Shown here in pieces: positions 7,856-16,973 of a stretch of DNA of 64,000 bases; position 1 is the first letter of the stretch; each line of letters begins with the position of its first letter. Origin of the DNA: Dehalococcoidia bacterium (GTDB taxonomy: Bacteria > Chloroflexota > Dehalococcoidia > UBA2979); contig OZ244720.1 in assembly GCA_965219085.1 (NCBI GenBank), forward strand, positions 512,001-576,000. The letters run 5' to 3'. The notes under the pieces are model-generated. The model was not told the origin of the DNA, searched no databases, and was given only the letters and a program-made list of their open reading frames with translations. The position numbers and the translations under genes are program-made.

Positions 7856-10510
7856 CTACGCCGAGGCCACCGATTCGTCGTCGCGAGGCCTCCACGGCCC
7901 GCCGTTCGCGAGGTCGGCGGTGTGCTGCCCCGCCTCGGGCGCTGGCGAGGCCGGCGCCCACGGCGTGGCGCTCATGCGGAACGGCGCGCCGGGCCAGCGG
8001 ATGCGGCCGACGCCCGGCTGCTCGGCGTCCGCCCAGTAGTCGAGCGCCTCGAGGTGCGGGTCGCGCAGCATCGCGCCCGTCGGGTTGACCGGCGCGGCCG
8101 GGATGCCGCGGCGCTGTGCCTCCTTGCAGAACGTGTCGGCGTCGTAGCGGCCGGCGAGGCTGTCGACGTACGCCTGGACCTCGTCGTCGTACTCCTTGCG
8201 CACCATCGAGGAGGCCCGGAAGCGCTCCTCGAGCACCCCCTCGGCGCCGGTCTCCTCGTGGATCCATGAGGCGAGGGCGTCCCAGTGGCCGACGGTGAGC
8301 GCGAGCAGGCAGACGAGGCGGTCGCTGCACGTGTAGTAGCCGTATGGACTGGCGCCGAGCGCGCTGCTGCCGGTGCGTCGGCGCGGGTTGGCGTCCTCGA
8401 TCAGCGCCGGCAGGCCGGTCCCGCCCTGTGCCGTCGACACGAGCACCTCGTGGGCCGAGACATCGGCCAGCTGCCCGCGACCGGTGTGTGTGCGCGCGTA
8501 GAGCGCGGCGAGGGCGGCGATGGCGCCGACCTCGCCGACGAAGTAGTCGGCGAGCAGCGCGCCGGGGATGAGCGGCCGCCGGTCGGGGTACCCGGTGAGC
8601 TGCAGGATGCCGCTCAGCGCCCACAGCGTGAGGTCGTCGGCGGCCCACGTGCGGTACGGCCCCGTCAGTCCGAACGGCGTGACAGCGACCGTCGAGAGCT
8701 CGGGGTTCGCCGCGCGCGCGGCCTCGGCGATGGCGACCGCGTCCTCGTCGGCGGTGTAGACGAGGTCGGCCGTTGCGCACAGCTCCTCGAACGCTCTGGC
8801 GTCGGCGGGGTCGCCGAGCGAGAGCGTGACGGAGCGCTTGCCGCCGTCCATGTAGAGCTGCAGCAGGCTGCGCCCGCCCATGAGCGGCCCGCCCATGAGC
8901 GGCCCGCCCGTGAACGGCCCGTCCGCACGGATCGAGGCCCCCTCGGGCGGTTCGACGCGCACGACGTCCGCCCCGAGGTGCGCGAGCAGCCGCGCGCCGT
9001 ACGCGCTCATCCCGTCGCTGAGGTCGACCACGCGCATGCCGTGCAGCGGGCCGTGGTCGAAGGTTCGCGGCTCGCGGCCCCGGCCGGCGATCGCCATCAG
9101 GTGGCGCGTCCGCGAATCGCGCATGTCGCGGATGAGCTGCGCCGCATTGAAGGCGGGAGGCTGCTTTGGCATGTCGGCCTCGCGGCTCATGCGCAACAGC
9201 GGGAGCGCCCAGTCGAAGTACGGCCGCTCCAGCGTCGCATCGCCCGGCGGAGCGTCCGCGGGCGGGCTCACCGCGCCGGCCTCTGCCAGCTCCTGAATGC
9301 GGTCGACGCTGAGGTTGGCGAGGTCGATGAGGATGTCTTCGTTGTGCTCGGCAAGGGCCGGGGAGGCGTGCTCGTGGCGCACAGGGGTGTCCGTGAGGTG
9401 GATCGGGAGGCCGTCGATGAGGTCCCCGTCGAGCCAGCGGTGGCGCACCAGCCGCCAGAAGCGGCGAGCGCGTAGCTGCGGGTCGGCGAGGTGGTCGAGG
9501 TGGTCCTGCACGGGCGCGGCAGCGACGCCCGCGGCCTGTAGCACGAACGTCGCCTCCTCGCGCGTGCGGCGGGCGCACCACTCCGCGAGGGCGGCTTCGA
9601 GCTCCTCCTCGTGCGCGCGGCGGCCCTCGAAAGTCTGGAAGCGGGGATCGTTGGCCCACTCGGGGCGTCCGACCGCGCGCGCGAGCGCGCGCCACTCGTC
9701 GTCGTTGCGGGCGGAGATGGCGACCCAGCGGTCGTCGTCGATGGTGGGGAAGACGCCGCGCGGCGCCGCGCCGGGGCTGCGGTTACCGCTGCGGTTCGGC
9801 TCCTCGCCGCCGAGCGCGACCTGCCCGATGTACGGCCCGAGGCAGGCGACGGCGGACTCGAACTGCGAGATGTCGATCCACTGCCCGGGGCCGCCGCGTT
9901 CACGGTGCAGCAGCGCGCTGATGATCGCCGTCACCGCGTGGTAGCCCGCGATGTAGTCGGGCAGTGGCACGGGCGTCATCGCCGGCTGGCGGTCGGGGTC
10001 GCCCGTCAGGTAGTCGAGGCCGGAGAACGAGGAGAGGTTGGGGCCCCACGACTTGTAGTCGCGGTACGGGCCCTCGCCGCTGCCGTAGCCCGGCATGCTC
10101 ACGTAGACGATGTCCGGGTTCACCGCGCGCACGTGCTCGTAGTCGATCCGCAGCGAGTTGATGGCGGGCACGCTGAAGTTCGTGAGGAACACGTCGCTCT
10201 GCTCGATGAGGCGGTCGAGGAGCTCACGCCCCTCGGGCGACTTGAGCTCGAGGCCGACGCCGCGCTTCTGCGCGTTGAACGTGTTGTTCCCGGCGAGCAT
10301 GTCGCCGCCTGCGAGGCCCACGTCCGGCGGCGCCCATGCGGGCGCGCGCGCGCCCATCGCGGCGCTGCGCGAGCGTGACTCGACCTTGATCACGTCGGCG
10401 CCGAGGTGCGCGAGGTAGCGCCCGGCCAGCGGCCCGGCGATCGCCACGCCGCACTCGACGACGCGCACCCCTTCGAGCGCTCGTGGCGGGTCGGTTGCTG
10501 GTGCGGTCAT
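7856..10510 (-). CDS. Family III (CaiB/BaiF) CoA-transferase with two fused domains
   Basis: Two LAHLGADV(I/V)(K/R)VE motifs followed by NAQKRGV and GGKRSV; start MTAPATDPP at 10510. Confidence 0.9.
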   Translation of the reverse strand: MTAPATDPPRALEGVRVVECGVAIAGPLAGRYLAHLGADVIKVESRSRSAAMGARAPAWAPPDVGLAGGDMLAGNNTFNAQKRGVGLELKSPEGRELLDRLIEQSDVFLTNFSVPAINSLRIDYEHVRAVNPDIVYVSMPGYGSGEGPYRDYKSWGPNLSSFSGLDYLTGDPDRQPAMTPVPLPDYIAGYHAVTAIISALLHRERGGPGQWIDISQFESAVACLGPYIGQVALGGEEPNRSGNRSPGAAPRGVFPTIDDDRWVAISARNDDEWRALARAVGRPEWANDPRFQTFEGRRAHEEELEAALAEWCARRTREEATFVLQAAGVAAAPVQDHLDHLADPQLRARRFWRLVRHRWLDGDLIDGLPIHLTDTPVRHEHASPALAEHNEDILIDLANLSVDRIQELAEAGAVSPPADAPPGDATLERPYFDWALPLLRMSREADMPKQPPAFNAAQLIRDMRDSRTRHLMAIAGRGREPRTFDHGPLHGMRVVDLSDGMSAYGARLLAHLGADVVRVEPPEGASIRADGPFTGGPLMGGPLMGGRSLLQLYMDGGKRSVTLSLGDPADARAFEELCATADLVYTADEDAVAIAEAARAANPELSTVAVTPFGLTGPYRTWAADDLTLWALSGILQLTGYPDRRPLIPGALLADYFVGEVGAIAALAALYARTHTGRGQLADVSAHEVLVSTAQGGTGLPALIEDANPRRRTGSSALGASPYGYYTCSDRLVCLLALTVGHWDALASWIHEETGAEGVLEERFRASSMVRKEYDDEVQAYVDSLAGRYDADTFCKEAQRRGIPAAPVNPTGAMLRDPHLEALDYWADAEQPGVGRIRWPGAPFRMSATPWAPASPAPEAGQHTADLANGGPWRPRDDESVASA
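8872..8916. repeat. Three 15-bp in-frame tandem copies within the CoA-transferase (PFTGG/PLMGG/PLMGG)
   Basis: gcccgcccatgagcg x2, then gcccgcccgtgaacg. Confidence 0.8.
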
Positions 10511-10617
10511 CTGCGATCCCCCGTGGCGCGCAGCGTACCAGCGTCGTCGAGGCCTCGCCGCGTCCGCAGCGGGTCGAGGCTGTAGACTCCAACACCGCGA
10601 ACACACCGGGAGGTCAC

Positions 10618-11067
10618 ATGCCAAGCCGCGACGAACTGATCGAGGGATTCCAGGGCCTGAACGCACGCATCGATGCGCTCAGCGACGCCATCATCGCCAA
10701 CCCCGAGGCCCCGCTGCCCGAGGGCGAGTGGCGCGTGCGCGACGCGCTGAGCCACCTCGCCGCCAGCTCCAACCCCGTCCCGCGCATGCTCGAGCGGGCG
10801 CAGGGCGGCGAGGCAGGCGGGATGCCGAGCAACGACGAGCAGGTCGCCGAGCGCTCCGACGTCAGCGCAGCCGACCTCATCGCCGAGGTGAAGACCGGCC
10901 ACGAGGCCTCGATCGCAGCCATCGGGGGCGCCGACGAGGCGCTGTTCGCCGTGGAGGTCCCGCTCGGCTTCCGCCCCGGCGACATCGCCGTCGGCGACCT
11001 GTTGGGGATGCTGGTGACGAGCCACGAGTCCGGTCACATCGATGACATCGAGGCGGCTCTGGCGTGA
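10618..11067 (+). CDS. DinB / maleylpyruvate-isomerase N-terminal-like protein
   Basis: WRVRDALSHL and C-terminal HESGHIDDI (HxxxH); GGAGG RBS. Confidence 0.8.
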   Translation: MPSRDELIEGFQGLNARIDALSDAIIANPEAPLPEGEWRVRDALSHLAASSNPVPRMLERAQGGEAGGMPSNDEQVAERSDVSAADLIAEVKTGHEASIAAIGGADEALFAVEVPLGFRPGDIAVGDLLGMLVTSHESGHIDDIEAALA

Positions 11068-12218
11068 GCTTCGCGGGGGCCGACGCCGCGATCGTCGAGC
11101 GGGCGGCCGCTCTCGCCGCCGTCGCGCGCAGCGAGGCCGAGGCGATCGAGCGCGACCGGCGGCTGCCCGCCTCGCTCGTCGAGGCGCTGCGAGATGCCGG
11201 GCTGTTCCACCTCTGGGCGCCGGCCGAACTCGGCGGCCTCGACGCGAGCGTCGCGACGTTCATGGAGGTCGTGCGCACGCTCTCCGAGGGTGATGCGGCG
11301 GCCGGCTGGGTCGTGATGATCGCGGCCGAGACGAACGCGCTCGCGCAGTGGATGCCGCGCGACTCCGCCGAGGAGATCTTCGGCGGCGGCGCGCGCCCGA
11401 TCTGTGTTGGCACGCTCAACCCACCGGCCGGGACGTTGCGCCCCGCCGAGGGCGGCTACCTCGCCGAGGGGCAGTGGCCGTTCGGCAGCGGCTTCCCCAA
11501 CGCCGACTGGCTGATCAGCCGCGCACGACTCCTCGACGCCGACGGCAGCCCGGCGCTCGACGAGCGCGGGCAGCCGCGGATGCGCGCGTTCGCCGTCCCC
11601 GCCGCGCAGGCCGAGCTCGTCGACACCTGGTCGGTGCCGGGCCTCGCCGGCACCGGCAGCTTCGACTACGCGATGCACGAGGTGCGTGTGCCGGCGGAGT
11701 TCGTGTTCGAGTTCGCGGCGCCGTGGACGAGCGGGCCGCGCTCGACGCTGCCGCTCGGTCCGCACTTCCAGATGGGCCACGGTGCGCACGCGATCGGCGT
11801 CGCCCGGCAGGCGATGGAGGCATTCGCCGGGATCGCCTCGAGCGACGCGTGGAGCCAGCGGCCCGCCGCCGAGGTGGCGCTCGCGCACCACGCCCGCGGC
11901 GAGGCGGAGGCGCTCGTTGCGTCCGCCGAGGCGTGGCTCGATCGCATCCTCGGCGAGATCTGGCAGCGCGCCGAGGACGGCGAGCCGCAGCCGCCGGAGG
12001 CGTTCAGCGCGCTCCAGCTGGCGGTCGCGCACACGGTGCACGCTTGCGTGCGCGCGGCGGACCTGCTGTTCGAGGCCGCCGGGGCGCAGTCGCTCTACCG
12101 CTCGAACCGCCTCGAGCGCGCGTGGCGCGACCTGCGCGCCGCGGGCCAGCACCTGCACGCCAAGGGACGGCACTACGCCGACGGTGGCCGGAGGCTGCTG
12201 GACGCGGAGTCCGCGTAG
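11064..12218 (+). CDS. Acyl-CoA dehydrogenase-fold flavin-dependent monooxygenase (HsaA/IacA-like)
   Basis: RRLPASLVEALRDAGLF, GQWPFGSG, DTWSVPGLAGTGSFD, LERAWRD. Confidence 0.85.
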   Translation: MSFAGADAAIVERAAALAAVARSEAEAIERDRRLPASLVEALRDAGLFHLWAPAELGGLDASVATFMEVVRTLSEGDAAAGWVVMIAAETNALAQWMPRDSAEEIFGGGARPICVGTLNPPAGTLRPAEGGYLAEGQWPFGSGFPNADWLISRARLLDADGSPALDERGQPRMRAFAVPAAQAELVDTWSVPGLAGTGSFDYAMHEVRVPAEFVFEFAAPWTSGPRSTLPLGPHFQMGHGAHAIGVARQAMEAFAGIASSDAWSQRPAAEVALAHHARGEAEALVASAEAWLDRILGEIWQRAEDGEPQPPEAFSALQLAVAHTVHACVRAADLLFEAAGAQSLYRSNRLERAWRDLRAAGQHLHAKGRHYADGGRRLLDAESA

Positions 12219-12234
12219 CGGCCGGGACGCGCTG

Positions 12235-13209
12235 TCAGGCCGCGTCGAGGAGCCCTCGAAGCTGAGCGAGCGTGATGTTCGCGCCGCTCAGCACCAGCAC
12301 GACGCGACGATCGCGCAGGCGCTCACGCGCCTGGTGAGCCGCCGCGAGCGACGCCGCTCCCGCCGGCTCGACGAGGAGATGCGCGCGCTCCAGCAGCTCG
12401 ACGACGGCCGCCCCGATGTCGGTGTCGTCGACGAGCAGAAAGTCGTCGAGGCGGTCGCGCAGGATCGACTGCGTGTACTCGAAGCCGGTGGCGGTCGCGA
12501 GGCCCTCGGCCGTCGTCGTGTTGGGACGTTCGACGACGCGGCCCTCGCGCCACGAGTCGTGGGCGGCCGGGGCCTGCGCCGACTGCACCGCCCAGACCTC
12601 GCACTCCGCCTCGAGGCCGTCGCGCGCCACCACCCAGCCGCAGGCGCCGGAGCCCCCGCCGAGCGGCACGATCACGAGGTCCGTGTCCGGCTGCTGACCG
12701 CCGTCGGGGTCGAGCACCTCGAGGGCAGCGGTCGCCACGCCCGAGATCAGCAGCGGCTCGTCGACCTCGACGAAGCGCATCGCGCGCTCGGCGGCGAAGT
12801 CATGCGCGGCGGCGTTGGCGTCGTCGAAGCGCGCGCCCCCCTCGCGCACCTCTGCGCCGAGGCGGCGTATCGAGGCGATCTTGTCGGGGTTCGCCCCTTC
12901 CGGGACGAAGATGACGGCGTCGAGGCCGTGCAGCCCCGCGCCGTAGGCGATCGACTGCCCGTGGTTCCCCGTCGACGCGGTCACGAGGCCGTTCGGGCGC
13001 TCGCCCGCGGCCAACTCGCCGGCAAGGAACACGCCGCCGCGCAGCTTGAACGCGCCGATCGGATTGGCGAACTCGAGCTTGAGCGAGACGTGCGCGTCGA
13101 GGCGCTCCGAGAGCGCCGGTGAGTAGACGAGGGGCGTGGGCAGCGAGAGCCGCCCCGCGAGCGCGTCGGCGGCGCGCCGGATCTCGTCGATGTCCGGCGG
13201 CGCCGCCAT
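12235..13209 (-). CDS. PLP-dependent threonine/serine dehydratase family protein
   Basis: KLEFANPIGAFKLRGG, ASTGNHGQ, VPLGGGSG, VEPAGA, LSGAN. Confidence 0.9.
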   Translation of the reverse strand: MAAPPDIDEIRRAADALAGRLSLPTPLVYSPALSERLDAHVSLKLEFANPIGAFKLRGGVFLAGELAAGERPNGLVTASTGNHGQSIAYGAGLHGLDAVIFVPEGANPDKIASIRRLGAEVREGGARFDDANAAAHDFAAERAMRFVEVDEPLLISGVATAALEVLDPDGGQQPDTDLVIVPLGGGSGACGWVVARDGLEAECEVWAVQSAQAPAAHDSWREGRVVERPNTTTAEGLATATGFEYTQSILRDRLDDFLLVDDTDIGAAVVELLERAHLLVEPAGAASLAAAHQARERLRDRRVVLVLSGANITLAQLRGLLDAA

Positions 13210-13250
13210 GGTGTCGTGCCCCGTCACGGGAACGGAGCCCGTCCCGCCGG

Positions 13251-14099
13251 TTACCGCGAGCGGGGGCCGCCGGGCTCGGGGATGAACTTGCCGTCGCGCA
13301 TCTTCAGGAACGCGCCGAGGCCCTCGTTGCGCTGCACCTCGTACATGTCGGCGACCTCCTCGGCGTCGGTCGAGGCGTGGGCCAGGATGGAGATCAGGCC
13401 GCCGGTCTGGATGGCGTTGCGCAGCCCCATCGCGTGGAGGCCGAAGGTCGTCAGCTTCTTGTTGAGCCGCACGGAGTCGGACGGCACCATCGCGAGCCGC
13501 TTCGCCATCTCGCGGGCGCGCGGCATGAGCTCGTCGTGCGGTACGACCTCGTTGATGGCGCCGATGCGCACCGCCTCCTCGGGGCCGAAGTGGTCGCCGG
13601 TGAGGGCGTAGCGCGCCGCCACCTTCCAGCCGACGAGGGCCGGGAACAGGAACGAGGTGTTGGACACCATGCGCACCTCGGGCTGGCCGAACGTGGCCTG
13701 CTCCGACGCGATCGTGATGTCGCACGCGAGCGTGTACCAGAACCCGCCGCCGAGCGCCCAGCCGTTGACGGCCGCGATGACCGGCTTGTCGAGCTCCATG
13801 ATGTGCATGACGTGGTCGGTGTGGGCCACGTCGGTGGGCATCCACTCGGCCAGCGCCGCGCTGCGCGTCGTCGGCGCCTCACGCTTGCGGCCGAGGTCGT
13901 AGCCGGCCGAGAAGGCGCGACCGGCGCCGGTGAGGATGATCGTGCGCACCGACTCGTCGGCGGCGGCCTCGTCGAGGGCCTCGTGGAGCTCGCGCTCGAG
14001 GTCCGGGGAGATGGCGTTCATCTGGTTCGGCCGGTTGAGCGTGATCGTCGCAATCTGGTCGTCGTCGGTCTCGTAGAGGAGGAACTCGTAATCGCCCAC
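13251..14099 (-). CDS. Enoyl-CoA hydratase/isomerase family protein
   Basis: ITLNRPNQMNA, GAGRAFSAGYDL, KPVIAAVNGWALGGG, FGQPEV; GTG start at 14099. Confidence 0.9.
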   Translation of the reverse strand: MGDYEFLLYETDDDQIATITLNRPNQMNAISPDLERELHEALDEAAADESVRTIILTGAGRAFSAGYDLGRKREAPTTRSAALAEWMPTDVAHTDHVMHIMELDKPVIAAVNGWALGGGFWYTLACDITIASEQATFGQPEVRMVSNTSFLFPALVGWKVAARYALTGDHFGPEEAVRIGAINEVVPHDELMPRAREMAKRLAMVPSDSVRLNKKLTTFGLHAMGLRNAIQTGGLISILAHASTDAEEVADMYEVQRNEGLGAFLKMRDGKFIPEPGGPRSR

Positions 14100-14207
14100 T
14101 TCGGGCCCCCTTCGGTATGCGCGGTACGTCGCGAGTTGATGCCACGCATCATAGACGGCGCACCGTCGCGCGACGCCTCCGACGGCGAGCAACGCGCCGC
14201 GACGCAA

Positions 14208-14313
14208 TGCATCAGAAGTAGGTGTTACCGGGGGCCTCCTCTGTGCATCAAAACCCTGTTACCGAGGACCTGTGCGTTGGGGGGCTGCAGTGCATCAGAA
14301 GTGCCTGTTACCG
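14208..14313. repeat. Three imperfect direct repeats TGCATCA(G/A)AA-N3-5-TGTTACCG
   Basis: 14208-14230 tgcatcagaagtaggtgttaccg; 14244-14264 tgcatcaaaaccctgttaccg; 14291-14313 tgcatcagaagtgcctgttaccg. Confidence 0.85.
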
Positions 14314-14525
14314 CACCCCGGTCTGGCTGCGTCACGAATCGCGATGAGATCTGCCCGGGAGGAGCGTCAGGTGGCTCCGGAACTGGTGGCCGAGCTGCGT
14401 GAGCCGTTCGGTCGGCCTTGGCGGATGCTGGAGCACCCGCAGGGCACGCATGGGCGGGTTGGCCGTGAGGTCTGCCCAATCGTTCCTGGCGAATGGTGGC
14501 ATTCTGAGGCAGGCTCAGTGGCGCG

Positions 14526-14843
14526 CTACGACAAGCGTGCGTTCAGCAGTCGGTTCAGGCTCACGCCCTCCTCGGCCGCCTGTGTCGCGAGTTCACGGTG
14601 GATCTCGGGCGGAACGCGGAGCAGGATGCGCCCGGAGTAGGGGCGGCTTGCCAGCGGCTCCGGAACAGCCTCGCCGGCGGACTGCATGTCCTGCACCGCA
14701 TCGGCCACCGCACACCGGATGCCGGCGAACGCATCCTCTGGTTGCGGCGCCAGCCAGCTGAGGAGCGGGAACTCCAGGCACAGGCCCACGTACTCCCCAT
14801 CCTCTTCTGACCAGGTGACGCGGTAGGTGTAGTGATCACTCAT
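14526..14843 (-). CDS. hicB: HicB family antitoxin
   Basis: YTYRVTWSEEDGEYVGLCLEFPLLSWLA...YSGRILLRVPPEIHRELA...EGVSLN. Confidence 0.9.
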   Translation of the reverse strand: MSDHYTYRVTWSEEDGEYVGLCLEFPLLSWLAPQPEDAFAGIRCAVADAVQDMQSAGEAVPEPLASRPYSGRILLRVPPEIHRELATQAAEEGVSLNRLLNARLS

Positions 14844-15086
14844 CGCCGGCCTCCAACCTGTCGATGGCCCTCAGTACCTGTCTCACCTGGTACGCCTTGG
14901 CCGCGCCCCTGTCGTTCTGGATGTTGACCCTCGGGTTTTCCGGCGAGGGCGTGCGATAGACCCAGTGGCTGCCGCCCGTCCTCGGGCCGGCCCGAAGTAG
15001 TGGTCGCAGACCTTCACCAGGTCGGCGAAGCGAGCGCCGCGCGGGTTGGTGCGCATCTGCCTGACAATTGCCGCGACGCTGGCCAC
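14836..15086 (-). pseudogene. hicA: HicA-like toxin, frameshifted near 14981
   Basis: N-half MASVAAIVRQMRTNPRGARFADLVKVCDHYFG and C-half GGSHWVYRTP...RVNIQNDRGAAKAYQVRQVL lie in different frames. Confidence 0.8.
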
Positions 15087-15092
15087 ACGAAA

Positions 15093-15113
15093 ATGATACC
15101 ACTATCGCTATCA
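15093..15113 (-). promoter_or_regulatory. hicAB -10 box (TATCAT) overlapping a TGATA-N10-TATCA inverted repeat (candidate HicB operator)
   Basis: tgataccactatcgctatca at 15094-15113; TATCAT lies 6 nt before the GTG. Confidence 0.55.
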
Positions 15114-15162
15114 CTTACCAACCGAGGATAGCGCCCTGCCGACCGGGCAAGCTTCCAGCGCC

Positions 15163-15519
15163 CGCTACGGCATCCACCACCTGCCGCGCGTGATTGGCTT
15201 CTCGGCCGCGAACTACGTCCTGCTCACGGCCGACCGCATCGAGCCGGACCAGGCCAAGGCGTTCGGCATCGTCACCGAGGTCACCGAGCCGGACCAGCTG
15301 ATGGTCCGCGCCGAGGAGATCGCGCAGATGATCGCCTCGAACGCGCCGCTCCCGATCGAGGGCGCCAGGTCGGTGGTCCAGGCCTGGCGCAAGGCCGGCA
15401 TCGACGAGTCGCTGCGCACCGCCGAGTGGATGAACCAGGTCGTCCTGGCGTCCGCCGACGCGAAGGAAGGCCCGGCCGCCTTCGCCGAGAAGCGCGACCC
15501 GGTCTGGACCGGCGGCTAA
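15163..15519 (+). pseudogene. 5'-truncated enoyl-CoA hydratase remnant
   Basis: Only the C-terminal part is present: HLPRVIGFSAANYVLLTADRI...SADAKEGPAAFAEKRDPVWTG. Confidence 0.8.
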
Positions 15520-15554
15520 CCCACCACCCAGTCTCGAATCACCGGCGGCGCCGG

Positions 15555-16277
15555 TCACCCATCGAGGTGGCCGGCGCCGTCTGCGTGTGGCTCCTCGGGC
15601 ATGTCGACGTAGAGGCTCATCTCGGAGAGGTCCGGCGGCATCACGAGCCACGGCCCGGTGACGGCCTGGACCTCGCGGGGCGTCACGCCCGGAGCGACCT
15701 CCCGGAGTTCGAGGCCTCCGGGCGTCACCGCGATCACGGCGAGATCCGTCACGATCAGGTCGACGCAGCCCGGGGCCGTGAGCGGGTAATCGCACTCCCG
15801 CACGATCCTCGGCGACCCGTCCCGCGTCCGGTGCTCCATCGCCACGATCAGCCGGCGCGCGCCGACCGCGAGGTCCATCGCGCCGCCGATGCTCCCGCCG
15901 CCGCGCTCCGGCACCGACCAGTTCGCGAGGTCGCCGCGCGCCGAGACCTGCAGGCCACCGAGCACGGCCACGTCGACGTGCCCGCCACGGATCATCGCGA
16001 ACGACGTGGCGCTGTCGAAGAAGCTCGCGCCCGGCCGCAGCGCGACGGGCTGGCCTCCCGCGTTGATGACGTCGGGGTCGAAGTCGTCGTCGAGGATCGC
16101 GCCGTAGCCGAGGATGCCGTTCTCGGCCTGGAACAGCACGTCAACGCTGGGTTGGAGGTGGTTCGCTACCTGCGTCGGGAGCCCGATGCCGAGGTTCACG
16201 ACCATGCCCGCGCGCAACTCGCGCGCGACGCGCAGCGCGATCAGTTCGCGCGGGATGCCGACGGGGCCGTCAACCAT
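15555..16277 (-). CDS. 3-oxoacid CoA-transferase subunit B (ScoB/AtoA-like)
   Basis: VNLGIGLPT, QAENG, SFAMIRGGHVD, GDLANW, GGAMDL. Confidence 0.9.
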   Translation of the reverse strand: MVDGPVGIPRELIALRVARELRAGMVVNLGIGLPTQVANHLQPSVDVLFQAENGILGYGAILDDDFDPDVINAGGQPVALRPGASFFDSATSFAMIRGGHVDVAVLGGLQVSARGDLANWSVPERGGGSIGGAMDLAVGARRLIVAMEHRTRDGSPRIVRECDYPLTAPGCVDLIVTDLAVIAVTPGGLELREVAPGVTPREVQAVTGPWLVMPPDLSEMSLYVDMPEEPHADGAGHLDG

Positions 16278-16962
16278 CCCAGCGCACCGGCAGCGGATCG
16301 CAGCGCACGATCCGGTCGACGTAGACGGCGGGCGTCCCGACCCGCTCCGGGTCAATCGCGCCCACCTCGACGATCTCTTCCACCTCGGCGACGACGGTGT
16401 CCGCCGCGGTTGCCATCAGCGGGTTGAAGTTGCGCCCGGCCGCCCGGTACTCGAGGTTGCCGAGCCGGTCGGCGCGGTGCGCTTTCAGGAAGGCGTAGTC
16501 CGCCCGCAGCGGCCGCTCGAGGAGGTAGCGCTCACCGTCGATCTCCATCAGCTCCTTGCCTTCGGCGACCACCGTCCCCACGCCCGTGCGCGTCAGCACG
16601 CCGCCGAGGCCCGCCCCGCCGGCGCGGATGCGCTCGGCGAACGTGCCCTGCGGCACGAGTTCGAGGGTCACGTCGCCCGCGCGGTACTGCTCCTCGAAGC
16701 GGCTCCCGCGGCGGGAGGAGGCGCGGATCGCGAAGGTCGCAATGACGTGGGCGAGCTGGTACGCCTCGCACAGCTCGTCGAGCTTGTCGCCAAGGCCGAT
16801 GTTGTTCGCGATCGCCGTGTGGCCGCGCGTGCCGAGGCGTTGTAGCGCGAGGATGAGGTTGCTCGGCGTGCCGGCCGAGACGAAGCCGCCGAACATGATC
16901 GACGCGCCGTCCGGCACGTCGGCGATGGCGTCATCGGGCGTCGGGAAGACCTGCGCGACCAC
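16270..16962 (-). CDS. 3-oxoacid CoA-transferase subunit A (ScoA/AtoD-like)
   Basis: DGASIMFGGF, PQGTFAERIRAGGAG, ADRLGNL, RNFNPLMATAA. Confidence 0.9.
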   Translation of the reverse strand: MVAQVFPTPDDAIADVPDGASIMFGGFVSAGTPSNLILALQRLGTRGHTAIANNIGLGDKLDELCEAYQLAHVIATFAIRASSRRGSRFEEQYRAGDVTLELVPQGTFAERIRAGGAGLGGVLTRTGVGTVVAEGKELMEIDGERYLLERPLRADYAFLKAHRADRLGNLEYRAAGRNFNPLMATAADTVVAEVEEIVEVGAIDPERVGTPAVYVDRIVRCDPLPVRWDG

Positions 16963-16973
16963 GGGCGGCCTCG

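Noticed and set aside
14208-14313. Possible mini CRISPR array
   Set aside because: Only three imperfect units with 13- and 26-nt gaps, no cas genes and no repeat hairpin; kept as an unexplained repeat.
14272-14640. 122-aa + strand ORF beside hicB
   Set aside because: It overlaps hicB antisense, has no recognisable motif and no clear RBS; at most an unidentifiable remnant.
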